Below are positions 13,701 to 25,700 of a stretch of DNA of 64,000 nucleotides, in pieces (within the stretch, counting starts at the first letter, position 1; every line of letters starts with the position of its first letter). The notes beneath the pieces were generated by a model. The model ran no database searches. It saw only the letters and a list, made by a program, of their open reading frames with translations, and was not told the DNA's origin. Made by a program: the position numbers and the translations under genes. This stretch comes from Phoronis australis (taxonomy: Eukaryota; Animalia; Phoronida): positions 743,820-807,819 of the forward strand of contig NMRA01000050.1 of NCBI GenBank assembly GCA_002633005.1. The letters run 5' to 3'.

Positions 13701-16700
13701 ATACGCCATACCTAGTTGCTTCAGCCACCGCAACTTTGGCAGTATGACAGGTGTGTTGTCTTGAAACAACAACACTCCATCCCGAAACTTCACTAATCTG
13801 TTTTCCTTGATTGCTTGTTTGAGTTTTTCCAAAAGTGAAGTATAGTAATTCCCAGTAACGGTGTGTCCTCGTTATAAGTAGTCGATCATCAGAATACCTT
13901 CGCTGTCCCAAAACACAGTGGTCATAACTTTGCGCGCAGAGGCACCGAACATGAACTTTCTCGGGCTTGAGGAACCCACGTGCTTCCATTGTTTACTTTA
14001 TTGTTTTGATTCCGGGTGGACCCATGTCCCATCGGTTACAAGTCTTCTGAAAAGTTTGGATGGATCTCCTTGGAATCTTCCTAGAAATTCCTTTGAAATT
14101 TGCATTCTGCTCATTTTCTGATCCTGACTAACATTCTTATCACCCATCGTGCACTCAGCTTACTTATGCACAAATATTCACTCAAAATTTTAGAGGCGGA
14201 CCCATTGCTCATGCGAACAGTGTTTGCCAAATGTTGAACAGTCGATCACCTGTCTTTCATAACCATTGCATGAATTTTATGAACATTTCCACTGTAGGTC
14301 GACGATTTGGGACGTCCTGGACGAGGGTCATCTTCAACGCTTTCTCTACCCCTCTTGAAACACGCTGACCACTTTTTAGTGTGGAATAGCTCGGGGAGTC
14401 TGTTCTGAGTGGTTTTTGCATCTCTTTAGGAATATCTTCTGGTTCCAATCCTTTTTCACTCAAATACTTTATGACGGCTCTCGTTTCCGTTATCTCCATG
14501 CTGCTAAATGTTTTGTCTTTTGCTTTACTGAATAAGCGCCACCTAGCGGCAGCTGACCGTACTAATTCAGCATGAACACAGCACAGACATAAAAGATGAA
14601 ATTTTACTAGGGTGTGAAAAAATTTAACCTGCGTTCCTGTTTTCTTGGTGACGCCGAGAACTTATGGAACAACTCTCGTACTATCAAAAAGCCAACCACA
14701 TAAATCACTCTAGCATAGAATAGTAGACATATATCTTGAGTTCGAACAAAAAGGAGAACGGAAAACATAAAAAAAATAATTTCTTTTTCGGATATTAACG
14801 TAGAGGCTTTATCTGAAATCGTGCTAAACACTTACTTATGACTTCCAGCAGTAACACCCGTTCAGCTCGAAAACTGGCATCAAAAATATTGACTGCCTCC
14901 AAAACCACTTTGTCCCCGTGGATTTCTCGACTAGCAGTAAATTTCAGCTCGTGTTTGTAAACATTGCCTGTAATTCCTTTTTCGGACGTAAAGTTGTACC
15001 GGTTCCACGAGCGAGAAGTGACGGTGAACTGTCTCAGACCAGGCCTAACCACACTTGTCGAGCAAAGCACATTAACGACGTCGTCGTTCTTAACGATGAA
15101 CTTGTCATGCGTGTTGTTTATCGGAAGAATGACGCCATTTCGGGCATAACATCGAAGAAGGGTAGGTCCGACTAGAAGTCCAACAAGAGCAACGTGAAAC
15201 GTCGACATGCGACCACGAAAGCACCACAACCAATGTGCTTTTCTGGGTGGTTTTAGTGTGATAAAAATGGTCATTGGATGGCGCAGAATGTGACAAACTC
15301 GTCTGAATTGAGAAGATGGCGACGTCTCTTTAGTACACAAATATTTGCCACCTTTCATGAAAATAAGTCAAGGAAAACTTAAAGTATAGAAGCAAACGTA
15401 AAAAACAATTGACACCAGGGGGCACATCCATTGTGCAATTGGTTTTAAACTTATCTTCATCTGGTGCCATCTCTACAAGAGTACATTTGCCAAAATTTCG
15501 CAAAGATCCTTCAAAGGGTTAAGGAAAGACAGACGTTCATGTAGACGCAGAAGAGCAAATTCGCCAGAAAAGTTGAAAAATCAGAAAATCAACGTCGACT
15601 GGGTTTTTGCATCAGGGACAGAACTGTAATATTTCAGAATGACACACTGAGTGTCGGAAAGAGAGGAAGATGTCAAAAACATCTGAAAACACTTTTAAAT
15701 GACGCAGAAAACTTTAGGTCAGTCCGGAAATGGGATGGCGTTGTCGTGTCCTTAATAGAAGTCTATTTGCCTAATTTAATGAAAATACATTGAGGATATC
15801 CTTGAATTCAACAATTACAAGGATAGAGAGGGGGTCCTGAGAAGCGGTCAGCAAAAACTTCATGGAACCCGTTGTAGAATATCCGATGATTTCTCGCCAG
15901 AAATTAGGGACATTAGGAAGAAACTCAGTCTGTTCCGGATGGAAGCAAAGTCAAGGGGAAGTTTATTTGAACATTGACGAATTGGTAATAAATCCAAAGG
16001 TCTATAAATAGGACGAATCTGCAGATAACATTTTTGAACTTGGAGCTGCTCCGGGCAAAGAATAGGACATGTGCCGACTGGAGGCGAGTAGCTAGAATAA
16101 TGGTTTAAAATTAAGTTGAAAAGAAGAGGCTTCACTGATCACATGAAGCATTTTGATGTCATAGCACCCCAAGTGACATGGACTGATACAAAAAAGAGTT
16201 AAATGGGTAAGTGTGTTTCAAAAAAGTAAGATCGAAAATGTGGAATGTTGATTTTTGGAAGAAACGATTAATCTGCTCTTGTATCTGAGGTTTCATCGAA
16301 TTCGAAAAACATGATTTGGATAAATTTGGCATTGGTTTAGATAAACCACCTCTATATTTAGGGAATGTTTATATTTTCCCAAAAGATTCGTCGTATGCAA
16401 GCGAACCAATCCTCAACCCAACTGAATCCCTGATTGCAAAATTTAAGTCCCATAATACGAATAGTGGCGTGCAGCTGTGCGGCGATTTCAACGCGCGAAC
16501 AGCCACACTGGATGAGGCTGCTGTGCTATGATGTAAGTGATATGGGATATGAGTTTGATGCTCAGACACCACCCGGGCTGTGTCAGGATAACGAGTGTAA
16601 TAATTATGATGGTGTGTTTTTGTGTCTTTGCAAAAGCTGTAGAATCAGAATTTTAATTGGCCGCTGTGGCAGCGATAAAGAAAGCGGCAAAGCTCTTGTA

Positions 16701-19700
16701 TGACAAAATCTGGACCTTCCAAATGTGGATTAAAATTAATAACAAGGTTTGACAGAGAATGTCATCATCATAAGTTACTGGTACGTGGTTATTTAAGAAA
16801 ATGCGGAAGGCATGGAACCAATAAAAGTGTGACTGAATATCGACACGTCACCCGCCTGTAAATAAGTATTTACAGACACGCTCCACTATTAGGTTGTTAA
16901 ACCGTGGAACACAATTTTGTCCAAATATTACAAAGTAAAATCGTACCTGTGGTAATTGCAAGGTCTGAATTAAGCAAAACAGAAAAAGTCATTTTATGAA
17001 AGAAGTCGGCAATACATGTATGTCATGGGCGGCGCANTCCCACTTTTTTCAGTGCTGCGGTGCCCACGTTCTGTTGGGGGATGGGGGCTTTAGCCTCCCC
17101 AATTTTTTTTAGTGTTGCGCTGCCCATGTATATTCAAAAATATCAACATTTTTCACAAACATCCAATGCCTTATTGTCGCTGAGTTATACGACCGTAAGT
17201 TGTTGTCGTGATCTGAGAAAAGATGGTCTAACCTTTGACCTAATTTGCACTTGAATGCCATCGGTTGGTTTAGAAACGAGACCGACCGTCGAGATCTTAA
17301 CCTGGCGTAACCGAAAACAGACGTAAAGGGCACAATTTTACAGGTGTCTTTTTCAACGACAAATTTCTTTAATTTTGGGTTGCTAATACTTATGCAGAAA
17401 ACGTGAACAGAAAAGCGGATGACCATTTTGTAATCCAGGATTGTTTTTAAACTATTCTGAAGGTCGCACATTCCAAATTTCTTGGACAACTGCCCTTTTC
17501 AAAATCTAAAATGAAAGCCAGCACTTTTGAATAACAATGCGTTGTGACTGATTGAATATAGAGACTGTAACAGGTGACATAAAAACTAAACTAATCAAAG
17601 CAAAGTAAGAATATTCCAAGAAAGATTAACCATCATTGTTGGACTCAGGTGACGCATGTGCAAAAACAGTCTTGGAACTTGTTGAAAGGCAATAAAGAAG
17701 AAAAGCCGACAAATATTACCCATGTACACTGTACATCGGTATGTTAGTTTTAAAAAGACTGGATACTACGATGCTTTTTCTCACATTTTCATGTCTATAT
17801 TGAACAATTAAACCAATTTATGAGTCGGGTGAAACCCTATATAATACGGAAGACCAGTTAGTAATTAATTGCATAATTGATGCTGATGAAGTAGATAAAT
17901 GTATAATTGATGTGAAATTAGCTAAAGCTGCTGGAAATGATAGTATTTCGTTGGAATTTGTCACGTTTGCAACACTCACACATAAGCAATCGCTCGTTTG
18001 TCTGTGTAACAAAATTTGATACAGGAAACTATCCCTCTTCATGAAATTCAGGTATTATAATCCCTGTCAAATAAAATAAGAATTACCCAGATAACTACAG
18101 AAGGATCACGCTGTTACAGGTGGCAAGCAAGATTTTTGCCCGGCTGTTTATAACTGACTCAATTCAAGGGCTGACGAAAACAATACTCTGAGTGAAATAA
18201 GGATATTCTAATGCATCATGAATTCAGGAACAATCCATTCGGTGTTCAATTTTGAGTTCAGACATCCCATTTTGGGCCCGGGGAATTAGCTATTCGGAAA
18301 GTTTCTGTGGAACTCAATTCTGCTGAGGTTCTGAACTTGAACTATAATACGCAAATTGCAAAAAATTGGGTAAATGTGTTGTGTACTTACAAGCAACAAA
18401 GACTTGCAGGATCTCGTGTCTATTGAAACCAGGAAACTCTGTGTTCTGAGCCTTGCAGGCCCAGTCCGTCCGATCGAAGGGTTGAGAGATATTGAATGAA
18501 ACTAGTTTAGTAAAACTGCGACCTCCAAACTGCGACTCTTCATTCCTTTCTTGGACGTTCTGCTCAAGACCTGGCGGAAGTACCCAGTCGACTGTTACCT
18601 GTAATGTAGGATTACCATCTGAATCAACGAATCATCCCCAGGTGCCTGTTTCTCGGCTTTTGTCTTATTAATAGAATGGAGTTCCCGAGATAACTATGTC
18701 GGGATCTCGAGATCCTGAGAACATTAAGTAAGGACATCGAGATCCTGACATAAATAAGCCAGGATCTCAAGATCCTGAGAAAATTAGATTGGGAACTCGA
18801 GATCCCGAAACAACCAAAAAAGAAACGTGCGACGTCACCTTAAGGCGACCTTAGCGTATCATTAAAACATGTCACCCGAACTTAAAAAAATAACGACAGA
18901 GTAACTGACTTGGAGAATTCTCTTCGCAATGTAACACTTAAAAAGGATCTGGGTGGAGCGACAGTCGGCGAAATCAACTGAATAAGTGTGTCTGTGCATG
19001 CGCGCACCCGGTGGGGGGCTCGAACCGGTGGGGGGCTCCTTCGAGCCCCCCATATGGCGAAGTGGGCAAAAAGGTCCGCCTGAGAAACAAAAAGTCCGAG
19101 AAAACGAGACAAAAGTCCACTAAAAAGGCACAGACGCACAGTGAAGGTGGTACCCCGTTTTATTCTTTTTTTAGTCCTACCGATTTTTTGTCAGCAAAAG
19201 ATCCTCATCGCAAGAAATTCGAGTGTGTGTGTGTGTGTGTGTGTGTGTGTAAGTGACGAATAAAAAAGCGTTTCCGAAGACAACGCTTACGTCAGCATTA
19301 TACAACCTCAGAGACCACACAACATAGTGACTGATACCCAATAACATTAACAGTATCGCCAGCAAAATCGACAACAAACTCAGAGACGACAGCGCTGTCA
19401 CCAACTCTAACGACAATACTGATGCACTCAAGACAACCAAGAAGCACCAAACATTTACGACGTTGCCGACACGAAACCATCACCAAACCAAATGATTTAA
19501 AAATATTTGTCCAAATAATGGTTCAAAGCCACGTTTTAAGACGACTCAAATAAAATGTATTTTGTCTCGATATAATGAAAATGATCATGTGGGATATTAA
19601 TTTAATCGAGCGAAATCCGTAGTTCATATTATAAAAACGAAATATAGTTTTTGAACTTATGCTGGTTTTCACCCCTGAGACTTCGAGGTACATGTTCTGT

Positions 19701-22700
19701 ATGACTTTAGATCTAACGTGAAATGTAGAGTGCATGCAAACAAACAAAAAAATCAAAGAATTGTTTTATTGCCAAATAATGAAAGCGCTCCAATGGAGCA
19801 AAACAGTTTAAAGTCGACTGAGCAAGGAAGTATATAAGTCACGAGGACACCAGCGTCTCCTCAAACGACAAAGCTTACGTCACCTTTAAATTGACCACGA
19901 CACTGCCACTGGCATATATGAACAACAAATCCACCAGCAACATCAATACCAACAACAACGAAGACGTCGATGCCGTCCCGAACCAATGAAAAGACTGGCG
20001 TAACTAAAGCAGTCATGAAGCCGCAAACATTGAAGACGTTGCTAACATGAAATCTCAAGTACAACAAATGATTACAGAAGCGTCCATCAAGGGATACCGG
20101 AGATACGGAAAGGGAATACAATCAACAAAACAGCAGCTTTTAGAAATATCGAATAACTCGAGAGCCGCAACACGTAGCGATAAATACATGGCACACTCCA
20201 GATAGCTCTTAAAGGAGAAAGCCACCAGATTTAATTAGTCTTTTTTACCTTCTTAATCGGTCTATATCCACATCGCCTCGACCTCACCTTGCCAAGAGGT
20301 GTCGCGTTAACCTGTGAGGAAGGTGAGAAACGACGCAGCGATCTCAGTGGTTCCTCTGCAGAGTGAATGCCGCTATACTGCGGTGTATCGTTCCCAGTTG
20401 TCCGAACTATGAAGCTGCGAAGAAAGCGGGTGTATCGTTTTTTCGACTTTCTCGAGAGCCCGGAATGCTTAGGAAGTGGCTCGCGGTTGTGAAGAATGAA
20501 AAATACGCTGTTAATAGAAAATATGAGGCCGTGAAACATCTCCGTGTCTTTGGCCGGCATTTCGTCGACAGTGAATTCTCTGGCGAATTCCGGCTTATCA
20601 CAGAACTATCCATACGTTCCGTTGCCTGTGCATATTCACGGCGCTTCTCTAGTATTTCTTGATCAGTGTATTCCGGTTCGAACTGATAGCCTGTGAAACC
20701 TTACGATCCGACCCGTGAAGTCGGGATTGGTGCCGGGCGAGATACCATATAGACGTTTATTATTCTGCGTTCTGTTTCAAAATGAAATATTCTCACCCTA
20801 ACCAATGCTTATATAAAACAAAAACAAAGTCTGTCTTATTAGATGCAATTTGTAATGCCAAAGTTTTGAGAAGTCAGCAATGAACAAACCACTGCGTTAT
20901 CGGCTTCAAATGAAATCAAGGTAATTGACTGGGCACCGAGGCCGTGTGAGCGCATGCTAATTGAGTGTTTGCCGACAGAAAGCTGTTGTGAAACAATAAC
21001 TCGATTTTATATGATATGGTCACATGTTAGGGGAATCTTTATTTAGATATACAAATACGTTATTCAAATCATTGTTAGGGTACAACCTTTGCCCTGACGG
21101 TTCTATGGAAGGGGAGCCTGACTTCGCGGCCCCCGATAAGTATGTAGATTTTCAGTTTCGTGGCTAATTCACCTAAATAATTACGTGCACTTTACTTCAT
21201 TGGCTCACTATTATAGTCTAAAAGTACAACACAAAACTATGTTCCCTCGTCTGTATTTCACGGAAGAATCATTGGAATTTATCACCAAACAGACCCAAAC
21301 TCTCTTGAGCGACCATGGTAAATTGACCTTCAGAACTCTGTAGGCTACGGTACGTTCAAATACCTATACATCCGTAGCAGTGAAATAAAACAACACGTTT
21401 GTTCAAGAGCTCGATGTATTTGTAAGGGGTTTACGTCGAAATTTGATGATTTATTGGTGTAAAACGATGAATTTAAGCAATAAGTTGACACCAGTAATCG
21501 TGTTGTGAACGGCTGAACAGACTGCGTTAGAACCGATTACGTCATTGGTTAATTTCAACACCTCCGTTTGCCGTTAGATGTCAGGTAAAACAACTGAACT
21601 TGCTGTTATCGAGTGGAGCTACTCGATCTAAACTGATAAAAAATATGTTGTTTTTTGTATGGCATTCTCCTTTAAATCTATCCAAACACACCGTTTAACA
21701 ACATTATTTCAAATGAGCACGGAGATTGGTCCGCAAATGAGTATTCAAAAAATGGCCGTCACAGTGCCCCCAATTTCACACAAAAACAATAGACGTCAAG
21801 ATTTTAAGCAGGTACACGCTGTTTGTAAATGTCCTGCCCATCAAGTACAAAAAAGGTCTGTCGAGCGGCCTGTATGAAATACCGCCAGAAGAGCAGCGTG
21901 GAATCCTTCAATGAAACATAAATCGACACGTAACTGATTTTCGTATCCATTGAGAACGGTGAGTAGGAGAGAGAAATTTGCATTTCTGTCACCGGATCGA
22001 GGTTTACCTGCGGTTCATTTGATTAGCTAACCAATGATTGTCGGTAGCATTTCTTGATGCATGTGATCAGTCTACAAAAGACGGCTACTCAGAGCTGTCG
22101 AAGAGTGCGTTCCGTAAACACAATGTACTCACGAGTGGAACTCGTGTGACGACGTACTTCTCATGTAATTCATAGCATCTCGCGGAGTTAAGTGGTTTCG
22201 CAAATGCCTTGGGTCTACGAAACGCCGCCCTGTTCTCAAAATGCTGCAATTTCTGGTTACTCTTCCAAGTTATATTTTATTTATGTTGCATTCTGTCCGT
22301 GCCATTTTACTTGCGATTTTTTTAAATTTTGTCATCCAGCGCATAAACTATCAATAGGTCGCAAGGCATTACCCAGGGATTCGAAGAGGATGTCGAACAG
22401 GCGAGTGTGTAGAACGAGCCGGAGGACAAAATGAGTGTATTTCTAGTCAACTTGCTCAGTGCACCTGTGACTTTAAACAGAATGTCATCTGGTCCAACTG
22501 GAAGATAGATTAAATGTTTTAAATATCTATCACAAGGTCTACATTGTAGGCCCTGTACTTAATCTCAGAATTCAGAATCGGCTAAACCACGCAATGATTC
22601 GAGTTTAAATTTGTAAGCTTATTCGAAGCGCGTAATGTCCATAACTTTCGATTCGGGTTTCGAGTACAAAATTTAAACCCTGGACCTAGAATTAATTTCT

Positions 22701-25700
22701 CTAACAGGGAAGTAGTAGAATATCTTATCTGAACTATTAAACATTCTTAAAACACTGATGTACGGTTGCTTGATTGCAGGTTTTGATGCCAATTTTAATT
22801 TGTTGCGATTTACAATACATGGAAATGTTAAAACCCACCTTGGCAAGTAGCTTTTAATATGTATTTTTTACGTTCAACAGCACTGGGCTTTTGCCGCTGA
22901 TTTATGTTAGAAAGAAGACTGCGATCTTTTATCTTACTGAATTTCCTCAGCTGCACTGGTGTAACTTGCCACCTCGGACAAAATTTAGTCAGGAAGTCTT
23001 CGTTAGTTAAGTCATGTTTTTTCTACGCCGGTGATATTCTAATTGCTCAATAGCAGTACTCAATTAAACATTTGAACAGAAGTCAAAAACCCAAAAGTAA
23101 ATCGAAAAGCAGGCATATGGGTTATCATGCTAGTGATAGTGATGGAAACATTCTGTTATTTTCACACTTTTGATCACCTTGATTTTCATATCAATCAACA
23201 AATACAACAGCGTACACGTTATATTGAGTGACGTATGCAGCTTTCGGTAACGACGTGGCCTGCAAAGTCCACTATTGACGGCAGTGCAAGTAAGCTGATG
23301 GCGATTCATTGAGGGCTTTGCTACAAACATAATACTTCTCCTGTACAAACGACCATGGTTTTCATCCAGATTCAGCTCAACCGTATCTTCTGCCTGCTTA
23401 TCAGCGTCCGACCAGTCAAGTAATACACTCGGGTGCACGCTGTCCGTGGTGCAATTCAAAGAAATTATGTCCCCATCTCGAGTTTGCAACGTTGAGTTAA
23501 CGATTGCATCCACAGGCAAAATCGACAGTGCTTTTGGACCAACTAAAATGGAGAAGAGCTGAAAGCAAACCTATTGTTGCATGACAATAAATTTATGGCA
23601 CGTTTGTTGTATTCAACTGCATTTGAGATTTGTAGAAAGCAGACCGGAGACTGTTGAATGTGGTCTCAGAATTTTACCCTGTTGTGATTTGACCGCCTTG
23701 AAAACTAGAAGTAATATTTACTACTGTGTCCGCAGTACATTGACATAACATATATGCGACATGTCCCATTCGCTTGGGACAAGAAGAAAATAGCACTGAA
23801 AACTATGACGTAAGAAATGTAAAGCAGTATTTTGCCTTCACCAGTAGATAAACACCAAAGTGCAACGAAATACGTAACTATAATCAAACGCAAACTTGTA
23901 ACTTAATGATGGCGGTCGAAGCAGACGTCTCAACAGGGGTCGCACAACCGTGTGTGCTACAACAATAACAAACTAACTAATAATAACTGGCTCTTGTTAA
24001 ACTGTATAACAGAAGAAAATCAAATAAGGCCTTTCACTCTTCTGAAATCTGTACTATGACATGGTTTGTTTTCTGATAGCAATAACAGGCAAGAAATAGC
24101 GTCGGAAAATCAGCGAGGGCATTGGGGTTGACCTTAACTGAAATCGGGACATGGGGCCCAAGGACTAACCTGGGTCAGTCTCGTGACACATCAATGAACG
24201 TTTCTTGCAAGTACATCGAGATTACCTGCTGTTTTTGCTGACAACTTCAAATATGCTTTAAAGTGACAGCTTCACAGTGCGTAATGCAGCTTTCCTTATG
24301 TGGGAACTGCGCAAATACTTATGAAATCAGAAAAAAATACGTCAGTTCAATTCAATAGAAAGGAAAATTATGATATTTTTCATTATATTGTGACTCCGTA
24401 ACCGCTATTGTATGCTGAACATGAGTACAACAGGGATCGAGGTCCTACTTGCTTGAACAAAATCACTATGATTGCACAACCTTAACTAACTACAGAATTT
24501 CACTAGTTTAAACTCTGTAACTGTGGTCCACTGTATGTAGTAATCCAACATGATTGAATACATTCTGAAACCAACTCACAGCAAACTGAGAGAACGAGTA
24601 GAAGACGGCGGTGAAACGCTGGCGCATGCGTATTTCTGGCTTCACACACTAGTTCTTTCTTGTTGTAGGCGGGTGTAGCTGTGAAAGTAGTCCGCCTCAA
24701 GTGTATTTTGCCGCCATGAACTCCAGATTCCTCCCTAACCGTGAATGGAAATTGTACTGTCGAGTTCAACGACATTATGGCGCCTGGGTAGATTGAATCA
24801 GTGGCGCATACCACTGTGTATACTTTACCGGCTTGCACAATGTACTTGTTACTCCACTCGTTGAACAAACCATCCGATCGATTACTTATTCTGTAGGATA
24901 TATCTTTGGGTCCAACTAAAACATTAGTGTGAAAAATTAGCAGAATGTGGTCGTTATCAAGTGTCACTGGCGTATCTAGTATGTTCAAGCGGAGGCTGAC
25001 CGCAACTTCCGAAGGACAAACGTTCTCCTCAGCCCATGGGACTATTCGACAATCTTTACATTACTAAAGGGCGCGCGTGTACTAGTGGTGATAGATTAAG
25101 CAGCCTCGATTTCGCGAGCCCTTTAAATACATGGTGAAATGGCTTGCAGCCGTGCCAACTCAATATGAGATTGTGTGAATAGGGTGCTTCTGTGAGAGGA
25201 AGTAAGCATTGCCTTATACAAAGGTAATGTTTGTGATTATTTTAACGATTATTCCATATTTACAATACTGATACCTGTTAATTGAGGTACTGGCCGATGT
25301 GGACTTCGCGGCAATCGCCAGTCGGTTGATCATTGTTTGTTGTGATGACTGATGTGTGTTACGATACTTGACGTAGCACTCGGGATCTTTTCGTATATCA
25401 AAGAAGTATTGTTAATGTTTGGAATGATTTCTAACAGGTCTATCAGTAACAGTTACATCAGTCAATGCTGAATGTTTATGCTGTCAACACGATATTTGTT
25501 AGTGAGGTAAGATTACAATCAAAGCCCAAAGGGTACATGACAGATATCAATTAGACTACTTGTCTACTCCCTATCATATATCGTCTGGAAATCTATTACA
25601 CGTTGACATGGAAATATATCATGTCTGTGTTCACCTGACATTTGGTTTTTAAGGTTTGAGGGCTAGTACCGTGCAGAGGAGATATGCATCGCTTCTGCAA

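Noticed and set aside
21200-21600. Minus-strand fragments (VWVCLVINSND, GSNAVCSAVH) that looked like decayed Ig F strands
   Set aside because: They lie inside the TTAA-flanked Kolobok element and fit KolX motifs (RxxAYR, HG, CxV) better.
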